Assembly (NCBI GenBank): GCA_001916215.1
Contig: MNRZ01000001.1
Location: 64,541-88,540, forward strand
Origin: Clostridium sp. CAG:307_30_263
GTDB lineage: Bacteria > Bacillota_I > Bacilli_A > Acholeplasmatales > Anaeroplasmataceae
Reading direction: 5' to 3'
DNA length: 24,000 bases
Below, one piece after another: positions 7,807 to 16,513 of this stretch. Numbering within the stretch: the first letter of the stretch is position 1; the number at the start of each line of letters is the position of its first letter. The notes beneath the pieces are model-generated. The model was not told the origin of the DNA. It worked only from the letters and a program-made list of their open reading frames with translations, and ran no database searches. The position numbers were made by a program, and so were the translations under genes.

Positions 7807-8234
7807 AGAAACATTACGGTGGAACCCTTATCTCTCAAATCAAGCAACTTCAAGATAGGGTTTTCAACAAGATTCTAAAAGAAGAGGGCATATACGAATT
7901 CAATGGTCAACAAGGGAGAATCCTATTTTCTTTATGGAAAGATGAGAAACTCTCCTTGATCGAATTATCGAAAAGGACTTCTTTGGCTAAAACAACGTTA
8001 TCATCGATGGTGGAGAGGATGAAGAACGACGGCCTTTTGATTGTAGAGGAATCCAAAGAGGACAAAAGAAGCCTGATTATCTATTTAAGCAACAAGACAC
8101 TCTCACTTGAAAGCAAGATAAATAGGGCCACAAAAAGAATGGGCGATATTTTCTACAAAGGCCTTAGCGAAGAAGAGGCAAGCGAGTTAGATAGATTATT
8201 AAATAAAGTAAAGGAGAATCTAAAAGATGAATAA
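7803..8234 (+). CDS. MarR-family transcriptional regulator
   Basis: Winged-helix pattern: LSLIELSKRTSLAKTTLSSMVERMKNDGLLIVEESKEDKRSLIIYLS. The ATGA overlap with the upstream gene suggests translational coupling. Confidence 0.85.
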   Translation: MKKHYGGTLISQIKQLQDRVFNKILKEEGIYEFNGQQGRILFSLWKDEKLSLIELSKRTSLAKTTLSSMVERMKNDGLLIVEESKEDKRSLIIYLSNKTLSLESKINRATKRMGDIFYKGLSEEEASELDRLLNKVKENLKDE

Positions 8235-9141
8235 GAACGTAATCATCAGGCAAATTCAAGTCAAAGACGTAATGACCAAATCTAACGCTCCTATAGGCGG
8301 ATATTGCGTCAACCCTTATGTCGGATGCACCCATGGCTGCAAATATTGTTATGCCTCATTCATGAAAAGATTCACAGGTCACACGGAAGAATGGGGAACA
8401 TTTTTGGATGTCAAGAACTGGCAGCCAATCAAGAATCTAGATAAATTCAAAGGCGAGCATATCATTATTGGGACTGTAACCGATGGCTATCTGCCAGAAG
8501 AAGCCAAATACAAAAACACTAGAAAACTATTGGAACAATTGGTGGGTGTTGACGCAGAACTATTGATATGCACGAAATCCGATTTGGTAGTTAGGGATTT
8601 GGATTTGTTAATGAAATTCGACAAAGTCACGGTTTCTTGGTCAATTAACACCTTAGACGAAGGTTTCAAAAGTGATATGGACGATTCTGTATCAATAGAA
8701 AGAAAATTAAAAGCAATGAAGGAAGTGTATGATGCTGGGATTAGGACGGTATGTTTCATCTCACCGGTATTCCCAGGTATCACGGACTTCAAGAAGATAT
8801 TCGAATTGGTTAAAGATCAATGCGATTTGATATGGCTTGAAAACCTTAACCTAAGAGGTGGATTCAAAGGGAAAATAATGGATTATATCAAAGAAAAACA
8901 ACCCGATTTGTATCCTTTATACGAAAAGATTTATAATAAAAAAGACAGGAGCTACTTTGAAGAATTAGAAAAAGAGGCTGATCAATTAGCCAAAGACAAC
9001 GATTGCCCATTCGTGGATAACGAAACACCATATGGAAGAGCTAAAAAAGGTCATCCAGTAATCGTTGACTATTTCTATCACGAAGAGGTTAGAGGCTCAA
9101 ACAACACAGGAAAAAGAAATAGGAAGCAAGATGGAAGATAA
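8227..9141 (+). CDS. Radical SAM protein, SPL / DNA-repair-photolyase-like (COG1533-type)
   Basis: NPYVGCTHGCKYCYASFMKRF near the N-terminus has the CX3CX2C motif. The size of 304 aa fits. It overlaps marR by 8 nt. Confidence 0.8.
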   Translation: MNKNVIIRQIQVKDVMTKSNAPIGGYCVNPYVGCTHGCKYCYASFMKRFTGHTEEWGTFLDVKNWQPIKNLDKFKGEHIIIGTVTDGYLPEEAKYKNTRKLLEQLVGVDAELLICTKSDLVVRDLDLLMKFDKVTVSWSINTLDEGFKSDMDDSVSIERKLKAMKEVYDAGIRTVCFISPVFPGITDFKKIFELVKDQCDLIWLENLNLRGGFKGKIMDYIKEKQPDLYPLYEKIYNKKDRSYFEELEKEADQLAKDNDCPFVDNETPYGRAKKGHPVIVDYFYHEEVRGSNNTGKRNRKQDGR

Positions 9142-9449
9142 GTTGAAGGCAGCAATCACATATGATGCAAAAAAAATAGCGCTTTCCATTATTTTAGAAG
9201 AACTGAATATTTTTTATATATTTAATACCGAAACAAACGAAGAAAAGGTAATAGATAATGGTGGATATACCCATCATAATCTAGCCGCATATCTAAAGTT
9301 GCTTGGCGTATCAACCTTAATTTGTGGTGGGATTGGCCTCTTGCGAAGTTAAAGCTGCGACTGCTTCAGGCCTTGATTTGATATTAGGAGCCGCTGATGA
9401 TAACCGTATTCGTGAAGCATTGAAGGACATCATCACGAACATTAATTGA
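9131..9449 (+). pseudogene. NifB/NifX-type (dinitrogenase FeMo-cofactor-binding-fold) small protein, frameshifted
   Basis: It reads MEDKLKAAITYD...GGYTHHNLAAYLKLLGVSTLICGGIG and then hits a stop at 9350-9352. The family-typical C-terminus ...ASCEVKAATASGLDLILGAADDNRIREALKDIITNIN* continues in another frame to 9449. The length of 319 nt is not a multiple of 3. The track start at 9065 is a likely over-extension into the upstream gene. Confidence 0.55.
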
Positions 9450-9534
9450 ATAATACACCATTTTTCGGCAAGATGAGTGGCTTTTTTGATAAGGTAGGAA
9501 ATGGTATGTAATTATATTAAATGTTATGTTTTAG

Positions 9535-9719
9535 ACATATTGAAACAATAGGATTGATACCAAAAATATCAGTTCTTTTTTCATTTTATAGGGCTATTTT
9601 GCTTATTTTAGGCATAAATTGCTTAATTTTCGGTGAAGTAGCCTTTTTTTTGCTTGTTTCAGAAGAAGGCAATTTATCAAAAGCACGAACTGACTATTAA
9701 AAGCACGAATATACTTTAG
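9535..9719 (+). repeat. Direct repeat copy 2 (about 185 bp), downstream flank of the cassette
   Basis: Same orientation as 6812-6979. It carries AATTTATCAAAAGCA at 9671-9685. A 20-nt insertion duplicates the 11-mer AAAAGCACGAA. Confidence 0.85.
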
Positions 9720-9919
9720 CCCGTATTTTTTGGCCATCGGCAGTGATGATGGTTTTTTTTTATGTCCAGAAATATTTTTTAACTTTTTTCAATTTATACC
9801 CTCCCATCAACATGGCCTCCGAATCTCCGTATGGTGAGAAGGGTAGCGTTCATGTAAATGGTATTATTGAAGTATAGTTTAGGGGATGCGGACATTTTTT
9901 AGTTGACATTTACAGCTGA

Positions 9920-9948
9920 TTGCAATTTCCTCGAATAAGTGCTATAAT
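9920..9948 (+). promoter_or_regulatory. Promoter candidate upstream of the lipoprotein gene
   Basis: TTGCAA (9920-9925), a 17-nt spacer, then TATAAT (9943-9948). A TG at 9940-9941 gives the extended -10 form TGcTATAAT. Confidence 0.5.
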
Positions 9949-10068
9949 TTCAATGTAATTTGATACTTTATTTGTAAGGCTTATGCTTTGATAACAATAC
10001 TAAAAAAGGACGAATGAGTATCTAAAAACTACTTCATAAAATGTTAATAAAAGGAAGGTCGAAAGAAT

Positions 10069-10692
10069 ATGTTAAGAAATAAATTGTCAATTATTGTTTA
10101 TATAGTACTTTTATCAATTACTTGTGTCAATTTAGTTGCGTGTGGAAATAATGATGTCAATGACGAAAATAAAAATTTTGTTCACGATGCAACGAAATGG
10201 TTTACAGAAGAAGAACTATCTACAAAGGGCCTTGCTGGTTTGACTGCACCAATAGGATTATCAGGTGATATACAATCAAGTGATACATGGTTTAACAGTG
10301 GATATTCGTTTTCACAAGTTTGCCCGAATGAAGATACATTTAAGACGAATGCAGAAATCTATTTTTCGTATTTAAAAACAAATTATAACGGGATGTTTGG
10401 CAAACCAAGAAGTGAAAAGTTTAGTATGGATACAAACGAAAATTGGTATATTATAGAGCCAAAGGAAGATTTGTCCGACTATTTTGATAATAATCCGAGT
10501 AAATTGTACAAGTTCTATTATGTAAGGAATAACACTTTGAATAATGGTTACTTTATAAAAGATTCGGTTTGGATTTTTGAAATTCGCTATGAATTTGATA
10601 CTAATTATGATGAATATAAATTCAAGCTATTTATTGAAAGTGCTGACTCTTCTCGAAATGGAATTTATATGAATTATTACAAAATGAGCTGA
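10069..10692 (+). CDS. Hypothetical lipoprotein
   Basis: Signal peptide with lipobox: MLRNKLSIIVYIVLLSITCVNLVAC-GNN. AAGGAAGG lies upstream of the ATG. Confidence 0.75.
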   Translation: MLRNKLSIIVYIVLLSITCVNLVACGNNDVNDENKNFVHDATKWFTEEELSTKGLAGLTAPIGLSGDIQSSDTWFNSGYSFSQVCPNEDTFKTNAEIYFSYLKTNYNGMFGKPRSEKFSMDTNENWYIIEPKEDLSDYFDNNPSKLYKFYYVRNNTLNNGYFIKDSVWIFEIRYEFDTNYDEYKFKLFIESADSSRNGIYMNYYKMS

Positions 10693-10922
10693 AAACAAAA
10701 TATATAATTGGTGTGAGATTTATGTAGAGGCGTTAAGTTAATCTTTTATGTACCTCAAATAATAAGGATTTATTGTTTAGAGTAAGAAAAAAGCAATAGC
10801 GGATAAAATTATTGATGGGAAAGTAAGTGTGGAAAATGGTGCTGTTGTTTTACCTGAACCTATAGAAATTGAAGGTGTCGATATGTCTCTGATAAAAGAC
10901 TTTCTGAAAGCAAAACAAAAGA

Positions 10923-11303
10923 ATGTATAATCTAGTCAAAAGAAAAGGAGTTGTTTTTGATAGGAAGTTTTGTTCTCATTGTGGTCATGAGCTTCTAGAT
11001 GATGCTTTTGTATGTCCTAATTGCGGTTGTAAGGTTGATGGTGTAAAGGAAAATATTAATTGTGAATCTCAAAAACAAGATGCAAATGATGTGTTAGCTA
11101 CAGTTGCTAAGGTATTTATGATTTTAGCATATGTTTCATCAGGCATATTATTACTTCCTTTGTGATGGACCATACCAATGACTATGTATTATTGGAAAGC
11201 GATTGATAATGGTGAAAAGGTACCAATGTCATTTAAGATTTGTTCATTAATTTTTGTAAATACTATCGCAGGAATTTTAATGCTATGCGATACTAAACAC
11301 TAA
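10923..11303 (+). pseudogene. Zinc-ribbon membrane protein interrupted by an in-frame TGA
   Basis: CSHCGHEL...CPNCGC zinc ribbon followed by a TM segment. The frame stops at TGA 11163-11165 (LLLPL*WTIPMTMYYWKAIDNG...). The same frame stays open and protein-like to TAA at 11301-11303. The total of 381 nt is 127 codons. Confidence 0.55.
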
Positions 11304-11327
11304 AGATAGCTTAGCTATCTTTTTTTA
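11304..11327 (+). terminator. Rho-independent terminator
   Basis: AGATAGC (11304-11310) pairs perfectly with GCTATCT (11314-11320). T7 follows. Confidence 0.7.
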
Positions 11328-11438
11328 AAAAAGACTAGAAATATATTAGTTAAATATGGTATGATGTAATGTAGTAATGATTTACTATAAATTTCAAAAA
11401 AGGAGTATATATAAAGTTAATTTATATAAATTTTGATT

Positions 11439-12959
11439 ATGGAAAAAAGTAAAGTTATGCAAATTATTAGTGATGAAACACTTACATATTCTCAACAAGT
11501 ATTAGCCCTTGCACGCCTTGCAGAATCAGAGGATTCTACTCTTAAAAGAAATCCATTATGGGATAAAGCTATAAAGGAAGGCAAGGTATGCGATTTAAAT
11601 GAAGGATATGCACCATATAGACCACGTTACATCTTACCTGATTATGATATATTAATGAAAAAAGGATGTAAATTTTTAGAATTAGAGCCTGCTAAAACAT
11701 TACTTGAAGCATGTAATAATTTATTGATTTTTTATAAACATTTGCCTTCAATTACATCATATCCTGTATATTTAGGTAATTTTACTGATTTATTTATGCC
11801 GTGGGATGATGAAGTTTCAAATCCCCAAACAAAAGAAATATTAAAGCTATTTTTAAAACATATTGATAAAACATTATGTGATTCCTTCGTTCATGCTAAT
11901 ATTGGGCCTAAGGATTCTAAAATTACAAGATTAATTTTAAATCTTACTAAGGAAATGCAGCTTGCTATTCCTAATATTACATTACTTTATGATGATGATA
12001 TTACTCCACATGATCTTGCTATTGCATCAATTGATACAATGCTTTATACTTCAAAGCCATCATTTGCAAATCATAAAATGTATAGTAAGGAGCATAAAAA
12101 TAATCCTTATGGAATTGCATCATGTTATAATGCACTTAATATTGGTGGTGGCGGTTATACCCTTCCTCGATTAAGGTTATACGAGATAAGTACAGAAGCT
12201 AAAAGTCTTGATGATTTTATGGACAATGTTTTGCCTAAGTATGTTAAGCTTATTCTTGAAAATATTGATCAAAGAATTAAATTCATTGTTGAAGAATCAA
12301 GCTTTTTTAAATCTAATTTCTTAGTTAAGGAAGGATTTGTACAAAGAGAAAAATTTACAGGAATGGTTGGTATTGTTGGAGTAGCTGAATGTACAAATAA
12401 TCTTTTAGGTATTAAAGATAAGGCACTTGGCTTTGGTCATAATGAAAAAGCCGAAGCTTTAGCAGCTAAAATTTTAGCTAAAATTGAAGAAATGGTTAAT
12501 AATCACAAAGGACTTTATTGTTCACTTTGTGATAATAAATATCAGATGCATGCACAAGTTGGAATTGATACCGATGAAACTGATGACGCACCTGGTTGTC
12601 GTATACCGGTTGGATATGAACCCGAGCTTTATAAGCATTTAATGATTGAATCAAAACTACATAAGTATTTTCCATGTGGAGTTGGAGATATTTTTAAATT
12701 CGATCAAACTTGGCTTAATTCTCGTGATGCTATATTAGATATTATTAAAGGCGCCTTTAATTCTGGATTAAGATATTTTACAGCTTATAATCAAGATAAT
12801 GATGTTGTTAGGGTTACAGGTTATCTTGTAAAGAAGAGTGAAATTGATAAATTAACGCATGGTGAGCAATCAATTAATAATTGTACTATTTTTGGAAAGG
12901 GAGCTAAAGAAAGAGGTCACGCATTAGAGCGTAAGGTTTATGGAAAAGGCACCAATTAA
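11439..12959 (+). CDS. yjjI: YjjI-family putative glycyl radical enzyme (DUF3029-type)
   Basis: About 506 aa with a C-terminal glycyl-radical-like motif, VVRVTGYLV. It is immediately followed and overlapped by a YjjW-type activase. The start is uncertain (ATG 11439 or TTG 11433) and no strong RBS lies nearby. Confidence 0.75.
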   Translation: MEKSKVMQIISDETLTYSQQVLALARLAESEDSTLKRNPLWDKAIKEGKVCDLNEGYAPYRPRYILPDYDILMKKGCKFLELEPAKTLLEACNNLLIFYKHLPSITSYPVYLGNFTDLFMPWDDEVSNPQTKEILKLFLKHIDKTLCDSFVHANIGPKDSKITRLILNLTKEMQLAIPNITLLYDDDITPHDLAIASIDTMLYTSKPSFANHKMYSKEHKNNPYGIASCYNALNIGGGGYTLPRLRLYEISTEAKSLDDFMDNVLPKYVKLILENIDQRIKFIVEESSFFKSNFLVKEGFVQREKFTGMVGIVGVAECTNNLLGIKDKALGFGHNEKAEALAAKILAKIEEMVNNHKGLYCSLCDNKYQMHAQVGIDTDETDDAPGCRIPVGYEPELYKHLMIESKLHKYFPCGVGDIFKFDQTWLNSRDAILDIIKGAFNSGLRYFTAYNQDNDVVRVTGYLVKKSEIDKLTHGEQSINNCTIFGKGAKERGHALERKVYGKGTN

Positions 12960-13779
12960 TCGTATTATTAATTTTTCTAATGTAGATGGCCCTGGAAATA
13001 GAATGTCAATTTTTTTCCAGACTTGTCCATTTAGATGTTTATATTGTCATAATCCTGAAACAATTAATGCTTGTGAAAATTGTGGATTTTGTGTTTCTAA
13101 ATGCCCCGTAAATGCACTTTCTATTATTGATGGTAAAGTTAGATGGGATAGTTTGAAATGTGTAGGTTGTGATACGTGTATTCATGTATGCCCAAATTTA
13201 TCTAGTCCTAAAATTACAATGATGAGTGTTGATGACATATTATTAAAAATTAAGGAAGTTAGGCCATTTATTAGAGGAATTACTGTCTCAGGAGGAGAAT
13301 GTACTAATTTTGCACCTTTTTTAGAATGTTTATTTCTTGAAGTTAAAAAATTAGGCTTAACATGTCTTATAGATTCTAATGGTGTTCATAACTTAGAAAA
13401 ATATGACTCTCTAATCGATATTTGTGATGGTGTAATGCTTGATGTAAAGGCAATTGATCCGAAATTTCATAAATTTATTACGGGTAAATCAAATGAAATA
13501 GTTCTAAAAAATTTAGATTACCTTATTAAAAAAAGAAAATTAGAAGAGGTTAGAACGGTTATTCTTCCAAACTATGAGGAAGAGAATATTAAAACAGTTA
13601 GGGCTGTTTCCAAAATGATTGGTTCTAGGGTAAGATATAAATTATTAAAATATCGCTATTTTGGAGTTAGAGAAGAAGGTCTAAATTATTTTGGTAAAGT
13701 TATTGTTGATGATGATACATTAGCTAAAATGAAAAAAATTGCTCTTGAAAATGGATGTAGTACAGTCCAAATAATTTAA
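12940..13779 (+). CDS. yjjW: Glycyl-radical enzyme activating protein (YjjW-type radical SAM activase)
   Basis: FSNVDGPGNRMSIFFQTCPFRCLYCHNPE carries CX3CX2C. Two ferredoxin-like clusters follow, CENCGFCVSKCP and CVGCDTCIHVCP, then GITVSGGE. Confidence 0.9.
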   Translation: MEKAPINRIINFSNVDGPGNRMSIFFQTCPFRCLYCHNPETINACENCGFCVSKCPVNALSIIDGKVRWDSLKCVGCDTCIHVCPNLSSPKITMMSVDDILLKIKEVRPFIRGITVSGGECTNFAPFLECLFLEVKKLGLTCLIDSNGVHNLEKYDSLIDICDGVMLDVKAIDPKFHKFITGKSNEIVLKNLDYLIKKRKLEEVRTVILPNYEEENIKTVRAVSKMIGSRVRYKLLKYRYFGVREEGLNYFGKVIVDDDTLAKMKKIALENGCSTVQII

Positions 13780-13784
13780 ATTTT

Positions 13785-13811
13785 AACATTGGCTTTTAGT
13801 CAATGTTTTTT
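13785..13811 (+). terminator. Rho-independent terminator after yjjW
   Basis: AACATTG (13785-13791) pairs perfectly with CAATGTT (13801-13807). A T-run follows. Confidence 0.6.
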
Positions 13812-13816
13812 GTATG

Positions 13817-13845
13817 TTGACACTAAATGGTAAAAGTTATACAAT
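13817..13845 (+). promoter_or_regulatory. Sigma-A-type promoter
   Basis: TTGACA (13817-13822), a 17-nt spacer, then TACAAT (13840-13845). Confidence 0.6.
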
Positions 13846-13890
13846 AAAAAATAATCAAATTTTTAATAAATAATATTGTGAGGAAATTAT

Positions 13891-14574
13891 ATGAGAAAAA
13901 GAAAAATAATTTTTGTTATAGCTTGTGTTTTGTTTTTACTTGCGTTAACTTGGACGATTTTAGTTTCAAATGGATTATTAGATAAAACTGATGAAAGTAT
14001 CGTTGAGTTTACTATTAAATATAGAGGAGAAAAATATAATTTTGTATATTGGTTTACAAGAATTATTACTGAAGGAGCTTATGTTTATTTTATAATTCCT
14101 TTTCTTATAATTATTTTATTGATTTACCACTTTGACTTAAAATCTATGATCTTAGCAGTTGGAACACCCGTTCAGCTATTAGTAAATACAATTATTAAAA
14201 ATATTGTTAAAAGACAAAGACCCAATGAAATATATCATTGGATGAGTGAAAAATCTTTTTCTTTTCCTTCAGGTCATTCCATGACGGCAAGTTTTTTATA
14301 TGGTTTTTTGATTTATATGATATGGGTTTCTAAGCTTTCTTTAAGAAAAAAAGTTTTACTATCTTCAATTTCAGGACTAATGATGATATTAATATTCTTT
14401 TCAAGGATAATATTGAGTGTTCATTTTACGTCTGATGTTTTAGGTGGTATTTTATGGGGTGGATTTTTAGTTATGATAGCTATTATGGTGAACGAATATT
14501 TTGGTAAAAAGTATAATGGCTTAAGAAATATTATAGATAGTAAATTAAAAGTGGGACAGAAAAATGAGGATTAA
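13891..14574 (+). CDS. PAP2-family lipid phosphatase (undecaprenyl-diphosphate / phosphatidic-acid phosphatase type)
   Basis: The three PAP2 motifs are present in order: KRQRP, FPSGHS and SRIILSVHFTSDV. The protein has multiple TM segments. Confidence 0.85.
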   Translation: MRKRKIIFVIACVLFLLALTWTILVSNGLLDKTDESIVEFTIKYRGEKYNFVYWFTRIITEGAYVYFIIPFLIIILLIYHFDLKSMILAVGTPVQLLVNTIIKNIVKRQRPNEIYHWMSEKSFSFPSGHSMTASFLYGFLIYMIWVSKLSLRKKVLLSSISGLMMILIFFSRIILSVHFTSDVLGGILWGGFLVMIAIMVNEYFGKKYNGLRNIIDSKLKVGQKNED

Positions 14575-16513
14575 TCACTTTTTGAGGAAAAATAACAAAA
14601 TAATTATATATTTAATATTGGTTTTTATTGCTATTATTCCTTGTATTATAATGTTTAATAAGGGGTATATTTGGTGTCATGATAATGCATTTCACTATGC
14701 TCAAATTCAAGATTTATATGATTCTATTAGAAGTGGTAATTTTAATTATTACTTAAATTATGAAACAGCTAATTATTTAGGTGTTGGTGTAAGATTAATG
14801 TATGGTTCTTTTTCGCATTTGATTACGGCTTTGATTGGAATAATAATTATACCTTTTGGTATGTCACTGACTGCCGCAATGAAAATTGTTATTATGATTT
14901 CAATGATTATAAGCGCAATTTATACATATAAGCTAGCTTATAAAATTACGAATCGTCAGGTATCAAGTATTCTTTCAGCGGCATTATTTGTTCTTTTCCC
15001 ATATCGCTTTTGTTTAATTTATGTTCGTAATGCTTATGCAGAAACGCTAGCATTGAGTATAGTTCCAATTGTGTTTTTAGGTGTATATGAAATTATCAAT
15101 AATTATTCATCAAGCCGTAAACCTTATTTTAGAACAATAATAGGAATGACATTACTTATTTTAACTCATAACATTACTGCTTTTTATACTGCTATATTTG
15201 TTATAGTATATGCCTTATGTACATTTAATAAATTATATAAACATTTAAAGGATAAAAATCTTTATTTAAATATTTTATGCTCGATTATTTTTATTTTAAC
15301 TTTATCAAGCTGGTTTTTATTACCCTTATTAGAATCAAAAAAAACAGGTTTATATCGTGTTTTTGATAGTGAAGCAATGAGGACAGGACTTGATGCTGTA
15401 ATGTCAAGTAGTAAATCAAGTATGGCCTATTTTATTTGTGGACTAAATTTTAAATATCTTAATAATTTCTTTGTTTTTTCTTTGTTAGGAATTTTTTTAA
15501 GTGCATCTATTGCGTTTTCTAGTTTATATTTTGAAAAAAGAAGTAAAAGAAATTTAATTCTTTTGATTCTTTTTATTATATCTTTTGTTGTATCATTTGT
15601 TTTTTCTTTATTTTATGATATAGATTATGTAGTATACTCTAGTATGGTTATCGTGCTTATAGCATATTTTTTCCCGTTTAAAACTATAAAATCAAAAAAT
15701 AAGTGGCAAGATTTAATTGTTTTTGGCTTTTTATCAGTATTAGCCACATTGTTAATATTTTGTGGGCCATTTTGGAAAGCTTTACCATCAATTTTTTATA
15801 ATATTCAATTTTCTTGGCGTTTATTTGGCTTTTTAGGATTATTTTTAGCTATTTTTATTGGTATTTTATTTTCTATTTTAGAAAAAAGAATGATGATATT
15901 AGCAAGATTTTCCAGTGGTGTTTTAGTTGGTATTTTATTTGTTATAATGAAACCAATTAGTACAAATGAATATAATTATTCTGCTGAATCAAATTGGAAC
16001 GAAAATTATTCCATCAAAAAAGAAGATACATATTATATGTATTCAACGGGATGGCAATTAGAATATTTTACAACTGATTTTTTTTCATCAACACCTAAAT
16101 CGAAATTTTGGTGGGAAATTTATTTAAATTATCTTGCAAATGAAAAAAAAGGTGATCCAGTTGATCACCCGGGTTTGATTTCAGGAAATGCTTCTTTTTC
16201 GAATTATAATTATAATAATGGCGTTATTACTTTTAAACTTGATAATAAAACAGAATCTATTGTAGAAGTAGCTCGTGTTTATTATAAGGGCTATCATATT
16301 TTAATTAAGGATAATGCTGGTGTTATTCATGAACTTGAAGCATTCAATAATGAATCATACGTAGCATTTAAAACAAATTTAAGTGGCGAAGTCACTATTT
16401 ATTATAAAAAAACACCAACAATGACTGCTGGTATTTATATATCATATATAGCTTTTGTTTGTCTTGCTAGTTTTATTTTAAAATCTTATGATTATGAGAC
16501 AAAGTGGAATTAG
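14564..16513 (+). CDS. Large polytopic membrane protein, GT-C-like glycosyltransferase candidate
   Basis: 649 aa with more than 10 hydrophobic segments and a soluble C-terminal domain of about 170 aa. It overlaps the PAP2 gene by 11 nt. The family assignment comes from architecture only. Confidence 0.5.
   Translation: MRINHFLRKNNKIIIYLILVFIAIIPCIIMFNKGYIWCHDNAFHYAQIQDLYDSIRSGNFNYYLNYETANYLGVGVRLMYGSFSHLITALIGIIIIPFGMSLTAAMKIVIMISMIISAIYTYKLAYKITNRQVSSILSAALFVLFPYRFCLIYVRNAYAETLALSIVPIVFLGVYEIINNYSSSRKPYFRTIIGMTLLILTHNITAFYTAIFVIVYALCTFNKLYKHLKDKNLYLNILCSIIFILTLSSWFLLPLLESKKTGLYRVFDSEAMRTGLDAVMSSSKSSMAYFICGLNFKYLNNFFVFSLLGIFLSASIAFSSLYFEKRSKRNLILLILFIISFVVSFVFSLFYDIDYVVYSSMVIVLIAYFFPFKTIKSKNKWQDLIVFGFLSVLATLLIFCGPFWKALPSIFYNIQFSWRLFGFLGLFLAIFIGILFSILEKRMMILARFSSGVLVGILFVIMKPISTNEYNYSAESNWNENYSIKKEDTYYMYSTGWQLEYFTTDFFSSTPKSKFWWEIYLNYLANEKKGDPVDHPGLISGNASFSNYNYNNGVITFKLDNKTESIVEVARVYYKGYHILIKDNAGVIHELEAFNNESYVAFKTNLSGEVTIYYKKTPTMTAGIYISYIAFVCLASFILKSYDYETKWN

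Noticed and set aside
7215-8792. ORFs 7215..7535 (-) and 8487..8792 (-)
   Set aside because: They lie antisense to the DUF5131-like and radical SAM genes. They show no independent signals.
10779-10929. Open frame without a start codon (...KKAIADKIIDGKVSVENGAVVLPEPIEIEGVDMSLIKDFLKAKQKNV*)
   Set aside because: It may be the 3' remnant of a gene. There is no start codon and no recognisable family, so it is not reported as a feature.
11163-11165. TGA read as Trp (genetic code 4, Mollicutes-like)
   Set aside because: Long ORFs of up to 649 codons are uninterrupted under the standard code, and Trp is consistently TGG. A code-4 genome would show many in-frame TGAs.
11962-12174. ORF 11962..12174 (+)
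   Set aside because: It is an alternative frame inside yjjI and gives an implausible, highly repetitive hydrophobic translation.
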